Numbered from the stretch's first letter, positions 1-8,325 are shown. The stretch is DNA of 64,000 nucleotides from an uncultured Clostridia bacterium (GCA_947589025.1 CANQAY010000006.1:2755-66754), one strand, 5' to 3'. Numbers and translations are program-made. The notes: generated by a model not told the origin, from the sequence alone.

Positions 1-24
1 ACAACAATTTGTTTTTGATAATTT

Positions 25-2274
25 TTAAACATTTTTATTCTCCTTTTTATTTAATTTAATAAATTTTAAGCGTAACGCATTAAGCACCACTGTTAAACTG
101 CTTAGCACCATTGCAAGCCCGGCAATCATTGGGTTTATAACCAAACCCACGCCCCTAAACACGCCAACCGCAATTGGCACCATTAATAAATTGTAGAAAA
201 ACGCCCAAAATAAATTCTGCTTAACATTTACAATTGTTTTTTTGCTTATGGTTAAAAAGTTTAAAATTTTTAAAAGGTCATCTTTCATTAAAATAACATC
301 GGCAGAATTCATTGCAATTTCCGTGCCATTGCTAACGCTAAGCCCAACATCGGCACTGGCTAAGGCGGGGCTATCGTTAATGCCATCCCCACACATAATA
401 ACAATTTTATTTTCTTGTTTTAATTGTTTAATAATGTTGGCTTTTTCTTTTGGCATAACGCCCGCAAACACCCGCTTAATGCCCAATTGCTTTGCAAAAA
501 TTGTGGCAGTGTTAACGTTATCCCCCGTAAGCATAAATGTTTCTATATGTTGTTTGTTTAAGTTTAAAATTAGTTGTTTGGCGTTAGCTTTAAGCAGATC
601 GCTAACCCCAAACAACGCACCAACTTGCCCATCAATTGCCAAATAAACTATGCTGTTGCCCAAGCTGGATAATTGCTTTTCTTGTTCGGTATATTCATTT
701 TTAATTTTTAACTTTGCCAACAATTTTGCGTTGCCCATTGCAACTTGCATATTTTTAATTTTGCCCACAACACCAAGCCCGTTTAATGTTTTAAAATTTT
801 CCACTTTTAAAAGCTTTAATTTTTGCTCTTGCGCCCTCTCTTTAAACGCGTTTGCAATAGGGTGAGACGATAAACTTTCCATCGAACAAGCATAAGTTAA
901 TATTTGCCGTTCGGTTAATTTGTTAAATTTTAAAATTTTTGCAATTTTTAGTTTGCCCAAAGTTAACGTGCCAGTTTTATCAAACACCACCGCTTTTGCT
1001 TTGTTTGCAAGCTCTAAAGATTCACTTTTTTTAACTAAAATTCCGTTTTTTGCGCTTAACCCCACACTAACCACTATGGCAAGCGGAGTTGCAAGCCCAA
1101 GTGAACATGGGCACGCCACCACCAAAACGGTTACAAATGTGTTTAACGCCGTGTTAAAGCCAAACCCAGCAATTAAATATGCAACAAAGCTAATTATTGC
1201 CACGGCAATTATAGATGGAACAAACACCGCACTAACCTTATCCGCCACCTTTGCAATTGGCATTTTTGTGTTAGAGGCTTCCACCACCAGGTTAACAATT
1301 TCACTAATTGTTGAATTTTTGCCTATGCGCTCGGCAACATATTCAATATATCCATCAAAATTATAGCTGCCCGCAATAACATTATCCCCTACTTGTTTGC
1401 TGTTTGGCTTACTTTCCCCAGTAATAAAGCTTTCGTCTAAATGGGCGTTGCCCAAAACAATTTTGCCATCAACGGCAATTTTTTCACCCGCCCGGCAAAT
1501 AACAATATCGCCTTGCTTAATTTCGTCTATGCTAACAAGTTTTTCGCCCCCATTTTGCTTTATTATGGCTTGATTTGGGGTTATTTGCACCAATTCTTTA
1601 ATTGCTTGCGTGGTTTTATTTTTGCTTAGGCCATCAATAAATCTGCCAAGTTTAATAAAATACACAATAACGGCACAACTTTCAAAATATAAGCTGTTTA
1701 CATATGCGTGCGCGCCGCGGCAAACCATAACAAACGAAAAGATGCTATAACCAAAACTTGCCAAAACGCCCAAGCACACCAAACTGTTCATATTTGGATG
1801 CAATTTAAACAACGCTTTTATGCCGGACACAAAAATATCTAGCCCATAAAACAAAAATGGAATGGTTAACACAAGCAAGGTTATTGCATAGCTTAAACTT
1901 GCTGAATGCATGTTTAAAAATGATGGAATGGGCAGGTTGATCATTGCGCCCATAGAAATATATAACAAAACGGCCGTTAACACGCCAAAAATTATAAGCA
2001 AAATTTTGTTGGTTTTAATTTTTTTTGCTTCACTATTAAACTTATAAATTCCCGTGCTTTTATAGCCCGATTGTTTAATAAAATTTTCTATTTGCTTTAT
2101 GTTTAAAACTTGCTCGTCATATTCAATGGTGGCATTTGCCATAACAAGGTTTACATTTGCACTTAAAATGCCATTTTGTTTGCTTAAATGCTTTGTTATT
2201 GCGTTAGAGCAAGCCACACATGTCATTCCGCTAATGCCCAATGTTATTTTTTTCATATTAATAATATACCACAA
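25..2274 (-). CDS. copA: Heavy-metal (Cu+/Ag+ type) P1B-type ATPase
   Basis: 749-aa ORF with HMA motif GMTCVACSNAI, membrane CPC motif (ACPCSLGLATP), DKTGTLT phosphorylation site and GDGINDSPAL hinge. The likely true start is the internal ATG at 2256 (MKKITLG). Confidence 0.93.
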   Translation of the reverse strand: MWYIINMKKITLGISGMTCVACSNAITKHLSKQNGILSANVNLVMANATIEYDEQVLNIKQIENFIKQSGYKSTGIYKFNSEAKKIKTNKILLIIFGVLTAVLLYISMGAMINLPIPSFLNMHSASLSYAITLLVLTIPFLFYGLDIFVSGIKALFKLHPNMNSLVCLGVLASFGYSIFSFVMVCRGAHAYVNSLYFESCAVIVYFIKLGRFIDGLSKNKTTQAIKELVQITPNQAIIKQNGGEKLVSIDEIKQGDIVICRAGEKIAVDGKIVLGNAHLDESFITGESKPNSKQVGDNVIAGSYNFDGYIEYVAERIGKNSTISEIVNLVVEASNTKMPIAKVADKVSAVFVPSIIAVAIISFVAYLIAGFGFNTALNTFVTVLVVACPCSLGLATPLAIVVSVGLSAKNGILVKKSESLELANKAKAVVFDKTGTLTLGKLKIAKILKFNKLTERQILTYACSMESLSSHPIANAFKERAQEQKLKLLKVENFKTLNGLGVVGKIKNMQVAMGNAKLLAKLKIKNEYTEQEKQLSSLGNSIVYLAIDGQVGALFGVSDLLKANAKQLILNLNKQHIETFMLTGDNVNTATIFAKQLGIKRVFAGVMPKEKANIIKQLKQENKIVIMCGDGINDSPALASADVGLSVSNGTEIAMNSADVILMKDDLLKILNFLTISKKTIVNVKQNLFWAFFYNLLMVPIAVGVFRGVGLVINPMIAGLAMVLSSLTVVLNALRLKFIKLNKKENKNV
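2257..2271 (-). promoter_or_regulatory. Extended -10 promoter placed for a leaderless copA start
   Basis: The minus strand reads TGgTATATT, then 6 nt (attaat), then ATG at 2256. No Shine-Dalgarno is present. Confidence 0.5.
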
Positions 2275-2299
2275 ATTAATGTTAAATCAAACTAATTAA

Positions 2300-2330
2300 T
2301 GAAATATAAAAAATTGCTAAAATAGCAATT
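2300..2330 (-). terminator. Intrinsic terminator after the MscS gene
   Basis: An 8-bp stem AATTGCTA/TAGCAATT (2312-2319 with 2323-2330) has a 3-nt loop and is followed on the minus strand by a U-rich tract. Confidence 0.55.
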
Positions 2331-2331
2331 T

Positions 2332-3285
2332 TTATTTTTTATCTTTAGATTTTTTTTCACGTTTTGGCTTGGTTATAGAGGTAAACATCTCTTTTAACTT
2401 ATGCTCATGCTCTTCTTCCCTAACCTTTTCCACCCTGGCAGGAAGGCCCTTGCCTGCAACTGGCATTTTAACAACATCGGTGCGCTCACGCATTTCAATT
2501 TGATTAAATGGAACAGAAATGTTGTTGCGTTTAAACTCGTTATAAACATTTTCAACCACATAATAGTAAACATCCCAATAATCTGCGTTATCACACCAGC
2601 AGTTAGAAAAGAAATCTAGGCTGCTAGAATTTAAAGTTTTTAAGCGGCAGAAAGGTGCTGGGTCTAAATAAACTCTGCCGTCACTCTTCATAACATCGGT
2701 TACAATTTTCTTAACCAATTCAACATCACTTTCGTAGGCAACTGAAAAGGTAAAATCTACCCTACGTTTTGGGTAAGCGCCCAAGTTAACAACATTATTG
2801 TTAATTATGCTTGTGTTTGGCAAAGTTATGCGCCTATTGTCTAGCGAAATAAGGGTTGTAAACATAAAATTAATGTCGGTTATGCTGCCCTCAACACCGT
2901 TAACAACAATATAGTCGCCCTTCTTGAACATATGGCTTGAAATAATAATAATTCCGTTTGCCACGTTTGCAATTGCATTTTGAAGTGCCATACCAACAGC
3001 CAGTATAACAGCACTTAATGCGGTTAACAAACCAGTAATTTCCACCCCAACATGGTTTAACAAAATTAAAATTAAAACTAGCCACAACACAAATTTTAAA
3101 ATTGTGCATAAAAATTGCTGTGCAATTTTTTCCATTTTGGTTTTGCTTAAAACCTTTTTTAATGTTGACATAATAACTTTAATTAAAATAATGCCAACAA
3201 TTAAAATGGCGAAGAAGAATACAATATTCCAAATATTATTTTTAAAAAAATTGACAATATTGTTCCAAATTTCGTTCCAATTCAT
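2332..3285 (-). CDS. Mechanosensitive ion channel family protein (MscS-like)
   Basis: 317 aa with N-terminal TM helices followed by an MscS-type beta domain (GDYIVVNGVEGSITDINFMFTTL, RRITLPN). GGAGGT Shine-Dalgarno upstream. Confidence 0.8.
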   Translation of the reverse strand: MNWNEIWNNIVNFFKNNIWNIVFFFAILIVGIILIKVIMSTLKKVLSKTKMEKIAQQFLCTILKFVLWLVLILILLNHVGVEITGLLTALSAVILAVGMALQNAIANVANGIIIISSHMFKKGDYIVVNGVEGSITDINFMFTTLISLDNRRITLPNTSIINNNVVNLGAYPKRRVDFTFSVAYESDVELVKKIVTDVMKSDGRVYLDPAPFCRLKTLNSSSLDFFSNCWCDNADYWDVYYYVVENVYNEFKRNNISVPFNQIEMRERTDVVKMPVAGKGLPARVEKVREEEHEHKLKEMFTSITKPKREKKSKDKK

Positions 3286-3377
3286 AATAAACCTCCAAAT
3301 TATTACAAAAAAATTTTAGCAATATGCAAAACAAATGTCAAATAAAAATTAAAAATTTTTAAAAAAAATAAATCCCG

Positions 3378-4442
3378 TTAAGGATTTAATTTTATAATTT
3401 CGCCGTTATCTAAAACTTTTAGCGATGAATCGGCAAACTTTTTATATTTTGAATTTTCATCCACAATTGAAAATATTGTTACATTGCCATGTTTTTTTGT
3501 GGCTTTGGCAAGGCTTAAAAGCATTTTGGCTTGTTGCACAAAATCGGCACTTTCGGTTAGGGTGGTTAAATCATCAATAACAACTGCCACATTTTTTTTG
3601 CTTTCAATTAGCCTTTTAATGCGCTCTATTGCCAAATTTAAAATTTGATTAACATATTCGGTTTTATCGGTAAGTTTGGCAACAAAGCAATCGGCATTCT
3701 TAAGTTGTTCTAAATAAATTAAATTTTTATCCAGCATGGCAATATTAATGTAAATTTTTGTGTTATTTGTGCAATTATTTAGCAAATTTATTGCGGTTTT
3801 AGAGTTTGTGTTGCTGTTGGCGCCATAAATATAAACATTTTCACCCATCAACAAATTTAGGTTTAAATTAGCAAATTCCAACTTTTTTTCGGGCAAAATT
3901 GAAGCAATTTTGTTAAAATCTGCCCTAGATTTTTCAAATTTATTAATTGGTGTGCCGTTTATGTTAAGCACTTTTTTAATAACAAGCTGCCTATCTTGCA
4001 TTTGAAGTTCGCAAATGGCATAATCCCCCGTTTTAATGGGCGAAATAAAGCAAACTTCACTAGGAATATAATAGCAAGTGTAGCCCGCATTTTTATATTG
4101 CCACAACACGGCAGAATTGCGATTTATAATTTCTACATAGCCATCAACAACATTAACCTCGCTGTTATTATCAAACACCATTGCGGGTTGGCTAAACACC
4201 AAATTTCTAAAATCGTCTATTGAATGTTTAGGTTGGCTATCCATAAATGCAATTTCGTTATTTTTAGGGGGCCTACCCTGCCTTTTTAAAGAAAAATTTG
4301 GTTGAGCAACGCCGTTTTTAATATCATTAATTTCACTAATGATTTGAGCTTTGGTTTTGCTGGTTGGAGATTTTACGCCAATTTTGCGTGCAAAATCTCG
4401 CAAAGCAAAAATGCTAAGTTCGTTTAAATCTTCATTTTCCAC
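3378..4442 (-). CDS. Rho-like protein with degenerate ATPase motifs
   Basis: GTG start with an AGGAGGT SD. By remembered alignment to E. coli Rho, the protein is collinear with the Rho N-terminal helix bundle, the CSD-like RNA-binding region and the RecA-like core. Walker A reads GANSNTNSKT instead of PPKAGKT, and the C-terminus is short (354 aa). Confidence 0.6.
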   Translation of the reverse strand: MENEDLNELSIFALRDFARKIGVKSPTSKTKAQIISEINDIKNGVAQPNFSLKRQGRPPKNNEIAFMDSQPKHSIDDFRNLVFSQPAMVFDNNSEVNVVDGYVEIINRNSAVLWQYKNAGYTCYYIPSEVCFISPIKTGDYAICELQMQDRQLVIKKVLNINGTPINKFEKSRADFNKIASILPEKKLEFANLNLNLLMGENVYIYGANSNTNSKTAINLLNNCTNNTKIYINIAMLDKNLIYLEQLKNADCFVAKLTDKTEYVNQILNLAIERIKRLIESKKNVAVVIDDLTTLTESADFVQQAKMLLSLAKATKKHGNVTIFSIVDENSKYKKFADSSLKVLDNGEIIKLNP

Positions 4443-4467
4443 AAGGCACCTCCTTTTGTTTAGGTAG

Positions 4468-4496
4468 AGTATAGCACATTCGACAAATATTGTAAA
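4468..4496 (-). promoter_or_regulatory. Promoter of the Rho-like gene
   Basis: The minus strand has TTTACA (4491-4496), a 17-nt spacer, and TGcTATACT (-10 at 4468-4473). Confidence 0.55.
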
Positions 4497-4584
4497 GTTT
4501 TTTGTACAAATTTCGACCTTTTTTTAAAAAATTATAAAAAGCCCATAAAAAAATGAAAAAAACACCATTAAAATAGTGTTTGTT

Positions 4585-4932
4585 TTAGGCTGTTATGCCA
4601 AGGCTAACCATAATAGCTACGTCCACTTTTTTCATTGTGTTTTCGTCAATGGAACAGATTTTTTCTTTAAGCCTGCGCTTATCCAGTGTGCGTATTTGCT
4701 CCAAAAGCACAACGCTATCTTTCATTAAATTGAATTTATCTTTATTTAGTTCTATGTGGGTGGGCAATTTTGCCTTAGTCAGTTGGCTGGTTATGGCGGC
4801 AATAATTACGGTTGGGCTAAACTTGTTGCCCACATCATTTTGCACCACCAAAACTGGGCGCACACCGCCCTGCTCGCTGCCCACAACCGGGCTTAAATCT
4901 GCATAAAATATATCGCCACGAACAACTTCCAT
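4585..4932 (-). CDS. mazF: Type II toxin endoribonuclease MazF/NdoA (PemK family)
   Basis: 115 aa, nearly collinear with B. subtilis NdoA ([48 protein letters not shown]). Confidence 0.92.
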   Translation of the reverse strand: MEVVRGDIFYADLSPVVGSEQGGVRPVLVVQNDVGNKFSPTVIIAAITSQLTKAKLPTHIELNKDKFNLMKDSVVLLEQIRTLDKRRLKEKICSIDENTMKKVDVAIMVSLGITA

Positions 4933-5123
4933 TATTCTCCTTTCAAGTAATGCAATGTAACTAGGAAATCATCAACCCCCTCATAGTCTTTTAAAATTTC
5001 GTTTATTGCCAAGTTGTATTCACTATCAGTATATGCCCGAGTGTCGAATTTTGGCATTTTGGGGCGAATAATTTTATCTATTTTTGCCAGATATTTTATA
5101 TACGCATTAACTTCTTCGTCCAT
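4932..5123 (-). CDS. Small protein translationally coupled to mazF; candidate non-canonical antitoxin
   Basis: 63-aa ORF whose TAA stop overlaps the mazF ATG (TAATG). It sits in the antitoxin position, but I see no RHH/MazE-like motif. Confidence 0.35.
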   Translation of the reverse strand: MDEEVNAYIKYLAKIDKIIRPKMPKFDTRAYTDSEYNLAINEILKDYEGVDDFLVTLHYLKGE

Positions 5124-5146
5124 AATGTTCTCCCTTTATAAAGTTT

Positions 5147-5587
5147 TTAAACTTTGGCAAGCAATTTTTTAAGTTTTTCGTAAAATTCGTCCTGCATTTT
5201 CTTAAATTCGGCAACAAGCGCAACAAGTTCTTCGTTTTTAACTTTGCAATCTTTTTCCACTTTAATGGTGTCAATAATGCCCATAACCGTGCCGGAAATC
5301 ATCATTTCAACTATGTGGCGCGGGGTGGAATCCATCCAAAGTGACATATAAAGCATGGCGGTTTGTTTGGCCTTTTTAAAAAAACTGTTTTCTTTGACAT
5401 CAATCTCTCTATTAACTGCCAAAACATCGCACTTTTGGCTGAATTTTTCATACATGTCAAACTGCTTTTTAAATTGCTTTTTAAGGTCCTCGTTTTTAAG
5501 TTTTTTTAGCACCTTATCAATTGCAAGCATGCCGATAGTTGCATCCTGATAAACTCGGTTTAAAAGTTTTTCTTCGTTCTTTTCCAT
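5147..5587 (-). CDS. Hypothetical protein, predicted helical
   Basis: 146-aa ORF with a GGAGGA SD and ATG start. First gene of the putative three-gene unit that ends with mazF. No family recognised. Confidence 0.45.
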   Translation of the reverse strand: MEKNEEKLLNRVYQDATIGMLAIDKVLKKLKNEDLKKQFKKQFDMYEKFSQKCDVLAVNREIDVKENSFFKKAKQTAMLYMSLWMDSTPRHIVEMMISGTVMGIIDTIKVEKDCKVKNEELVALVAEFKKMQDEFYEKLKKLLAKV

Positions 5588-5663
5588 AGTTCCTCCGTTG
5601 TTAGTTTTAGTTAAAAAAAAATAATTATGCGTGCAATTAAGAATAAAAATTTTTAAAATTTTA

Positions 5664-5691
5664 TTGACAAATTATTTTTTTGTTATATAAT
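5664..5691 (+). promoter_or_regulatory. tyrS leader promoter
   Basis: TTGACA (5664-5669), 16-nt spacer, TATAAT (5686-5691). Confidence 0.65.
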
Positions 5692-5711
5692 AAATAATGT
5701 AAGGAGCAAAA

Positions 5712-5759
5712 ATGATAATTTTATTTGCAAACACTTCATATTATTACTACTACATCTAG
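5712..5759 (+). CDS. tyrS leader peptide MIILFANTSYYYYYI
   Basis: AAGGAG (5701-5706) lies 5 nt before the ATG. The 15 codons include five consecutive Tyr codons (TAT TAT TAC TAC TAC, 5739-5753) and end with a TAG stop at 5757-5759. Confidence 0.7.
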   Translation: MIILFANTSYYYYYI

Positions 5760-5761
5760 AC

Positions 5762-5822
5762 CGCTATATGTAGGAGTTTTGTTTGCAGCATAATAAATTT
5801 ATTAAACCTCTGCCATATAGCG
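5762..5822 (+). promoter_or_regulatory. Candidate antiterminator helix (segments A:B) of the tyrS attenuator
   Basis: CGCTATATG (5762-5770) pairs with CATATAGCG (5814-5822). The 3' arm overlaps the 5' arm of terminator 1. Confidence 0.6.
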
Positions 5823-5850
5823 AATTTGCTTGTGGCAGTTTTTATTTATT
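5810..5850 (+). terminator. tyrS attenuator terminator 1
   Basis: Stem 5810-5821 with 5828-5838 (11 bp, one bulge) is followed by TTTTTATTTATT. Confidence 0.7.
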
Positions 5851-5885
5851 CTGCCACATGTAACCCGCTTGTGGCAGATTTTTTG
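5851..5885 (+). terminator. tyrS attenuator terminator 2
   Basis: Stem CTGCCACA (5851-5858) with TGTGGCAG (5870-5877) is followed by ATTTTTTG. Its 5' arm can alternatively pair with the 3' arm of terminator 1 (5831-5838). Confidence 0.65.
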
Positions 5886-5900
5886 TTAAAAGGAGTTTGT

Positions 5901-5951
5901 ATGATATTATTTATAAAAACGTACGCCCTTATGGGCGTTAAAACAATTTGA
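5901..5951 (+). CDS. Second mini-ORF MILFIKTYALMGVKTI between the attenuator and tyrS
   Basis: AAAAGGAG (5888-5895) lies 5 nt before the ATG. The SD and N-terminus resemble the first leader ORF. A hairpin ACGCCC/GGGCGT (5923-5938) lies inside it. Confidence 0.4.
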   Translation: MILFIKTYALMGVKTI

Positions 5952-5991
5952 AAACTATACAAAAATATTTATAATTAAAAAGGAGAAAAAA

Positions 5992-7233
5992 ATGGAATTT
6001 AAAAATAATGCTTTTGAGCAGTTAGCAAAGCGTGGATTTGTTTTTCAAACCACACATTTAGAAGAAACTAAAAAGGCTTTAAAATCTGGGCCTATAACTT
6101 TTTACATTGGTATTGACCCGACAGCGGATGATTTGCATATTGGGCATTTCTTTGGTTTGCAAATGGCAAGAATTTTGCAAGATTGCGGGCACAGATGTAT
6201 TGTGCTTGTTGGTGGTGCAACTGCCCTTATTGGCGACCCAACTAATAAAACAGATATGAGGAAAATGCTTTCTAAAGAAGAGGTCGCAAGAAACGCCCGA
6301 GAAATTTCTAGCATAATTAAGCGTTTTGTGCGTGTAGATGGCGATAACCCTGCCATAGTTGTGGATAATGCCGATTGGCTTAAATCAATTAGTTACATTG
6401 ATTTTTTGCGTGATGTTGGCGTGCATTTTAATGTAAATGAAATGTTGGCAAAAGATTTATACAAAAATAGGCTAATGAAAGGCGGCTTAACTTTTATGGA
6501 AATGGGATACATGCTTATGCAGTCGTTTGATTTTGTGCATTTAAATGATAAATTTGGTTGCATCCTTCAAATTGGCGGCTCGGACCAATGGGGAAATATC
6601 TGCGGAGGCGTTGAACTTTCACGCAAAATGAATTTTAAGGACGGCGCGCCAAGACCTCTTATGATGGGGTTAACCTGCCCGCTTTTAACAAATGCAGATG
6701 GCATTAAAATGGGCAAAACAGAAAAAGGCACACTTTGGGTGTCCCGAGAAAAAACTTCCGCTTTTGAATTTTTTCAACATTTTGTAAACTGCTTGGATGC
6801 GGATGTTGAAAGATTGTTAAAATTTTTTACCAAATTAGATGTTGATGAAATTAAAAAGATGTGCCGGGAAGATATTGTAAAAGCAAAAAAACGCATGGCT
6901 TTTGAAGTAACAAAACTTGTGCACGGTGAAGAAGAAGCATTAAAAGCACAAGAAGCCGCCATTAAACTTTTTGAAAATAAGGATTTAGAAAATGAAAATA
7001 TGCCAATAGAAGAAATTAAAGTTGACGATAAAATTAACATAGTTGAATTTTTATCAAAACTATCCATAATAAAATCAAAAAGTGAAGCCCGCCGTTTAAT
7101 TGAACAAGGCGGAATTAGCATTAACAACAAAAAAGTGCAAAACGAAAATGAAATTGTTAATATAAAAAATCAAAATTCACTAATCGTCAAAAAAGGTAAA
7201 AAATGTTTTGTAAGGGTTATTATAAAAAAATAA
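5992..7233 (+). CDS. tyrS: Tyrosine--tRNA ligase
   Basis: 413 aa with a HIGH-type motif (DLHIGHF), a KMSKS-type motif (KMGKT) and a C-terminal S4-like domain. AGGAG SD. Confidence 0.96.
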   Translation: MEFKNNAFEQLAKRGFVFQTTHLEETKKALKSGPITFYIGIDPTADDLHIGHFFGLQMARILQDCGHRCIVLVGGATALIGDPTNKTDMRKMLSKEEVARNAREISSIIKRFVRVDGDNPAIVVDNADWLKSISYIDFLRDVGVHFNVNEMLAKDLYKNRLMKGGLTFMEMGYMLMQSFDFVHLNDKFGCILQIGGSDQWGNICGGVELSRKMNFKDGAPRPLMMGLTCPLLTNADGIKMGKTEKGTLWVSREKTSAFEFFQHFVNCLDADVERLLKFFTKLDVDEIKKMCREDIVKAKKRMAFEVTKLVHGEEEALKAQEAAIKLFENKDLENENMPIEEIKVDDKINIVEFLSKLSIIKSKSEARRLIEQGGISINNKKVQNENEIVNIKNQNSLIVKKGKKCFVRVIIKK

Positions 7234-7254
7234 GCACAACTGTGCTTATTTTTT
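7232..7254. terminator. Bidirectional terminator between tyrS and the convergent permease gene
   Basis: Stem AAGCAC/GTGCTT with an AACT loop, flanked by an A-run and a T-run. Confidence 0.6.
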
Positions 7255-8233
7255 AAATAAAGTTTAATGCGTAGCCCAATATTAAACTTGGAATTATTAG
7301 CATGGATATTATAAATATATTTTCTTTAACATTTTTGTTTTGTTTAAGCAATATTATAAGCCCCAGCCCTGCGTTTACGCAAAGGCCGGCACACAGTGCG
7401 CCAAACGACAGCCCGCCAACTAAAAACAATTCGGTTAATGCAACGCTTGATGCGCAATTTGGGATTAAGCCTATTAAAATTGCCAAAAGCGGCTGAATAT
7501 ATATGCTATTTTTTAAAAATGTTTGCAGGGCAGCTTCACCAATCCAAACTTCGGTAATTAAGCCAAATAACACGTTAACTATCAATATAAAGGCAGAAAT
7601 TTTTAAGCAATGCAGCAGTGGGTGTAACCAATCAAACGATTTTGTTTTAACATGGTGGTGGCAGCAGCCATCCATAATTTCTTGTTCAACTTCGTGCTCG
7701 TGGTCATGCTCATCAACATCATTTTTTGTTAAATTTTTATTGCTATTTGTTAATTTTGAAGCGTTTTTTTCATCATTTTTGGTTAAATTTTCTTTATTTT
7801 TTAAATTTTGTTTGTCATTTTTATTTTTAAAAATTAATTTGTAAAGCCAAATGGATAGATAGCCCACGCTTATGCCAATTGCAATTTTTACGCCAATTAA
7901 AGCAAACAGCCAAGGAATGCTTTTAGGGTTGGAAAACATTAACGGCAAGGCTTCGTCACTAGTGGCAAGGTAAACCGCTATTAGCGCGCCAATTGATATT
8001 GCTTTTTTGGTGTAAAGGTCGGTAGACACAACTGAAAACCCGCATTGAGGTATGCAGCCAACAACCGCGCCAACAACCGGGCTGGCTTTGCCCTTTAGCC
8101 ATTTGTTGTTTTGCAGCTTTACAGCAAATTTAAATTCAATTAATTCAATTAAATAATAAACAACAAAAAGAATGGGCAAAATTTTTGCCGTATCTATAAG
8201 CGCATGAAATAAAACATCCCAAACTTGTTGCAT
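7253..8233 (-). CDS. Putative 10-TM metal transporter (ArsP_2/DUF2899-like permease)
   Basis: 326-aa polytopic membrane protein with paired motifs GCIPQCGFSVV and IPNCASSVALTELF and a central His/Cys-rich loop (DEHDHEHEVEQEIMDGCCHHH). Family assignment is from memory. Confidence 0.55.
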   Translation of the reverse strand: MQQVWDVLFHALIDTAKILPILFVVYYLIELIEFKFAVKLQNNKWLKGKASPVVGAVVGCIPQCGFSVVSTDLYTKKAISIGALIAVYLATSDEALPLMFSNPKSIPWLFALIGVKIAIGISVGYLSIWLYKLIFKNKNDKQNLKNKENLTKNDEKNASKLTNSNKNLTKNDVDEHDHEHEVEQEIMDGCCHHHVKTKSFDWLHPLLHCLKISAFILIVNVLFGLITEVWIGEAALQTFLKNSIYIQPLLAILIGLIPNCASSVALTELFLVGGLSFGALCAGLCVNAGLGLIILLKQNKNVKENIFIISMLIIPSLILGYALNFI

Positions 8234-8241
8234 ATTACTCC

Positions 8242-8325
8242 TTATTTAATAATGCCACATTGATAGCAAAAGCTAAACACAACAACAATAATGGCAAAAA
8301 TTAATAACCACTTAATCCATTTCAT
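8242..8325 (-). CDS. 27-aa hydrophobic mini-protein MKWIKWLLIFAIIVVVFSFCYQCGIIK
   Basis: The ORF ends 8 nt before the permease ATG, with the permease GGAG SD in between. It is preceded by TGtTATAAT plus 6 nt. Confidence 0.3.
   Translation of the reverse strand: MKWIKWLLIFAIIVVVFSFCYQCGIIK

Noticed and set aside
5588-5991. T-box riboswitch upstream of tyrS, which is the expected mechanism in Firmicutes.
   Set aside because: I found no GGGUGGUACCGCG-like T-box sequence, no stem I AG-bulge or distal-loop motifs, and no specifier loop. The region is instead explained by the leader ORF and alternative hairpins.
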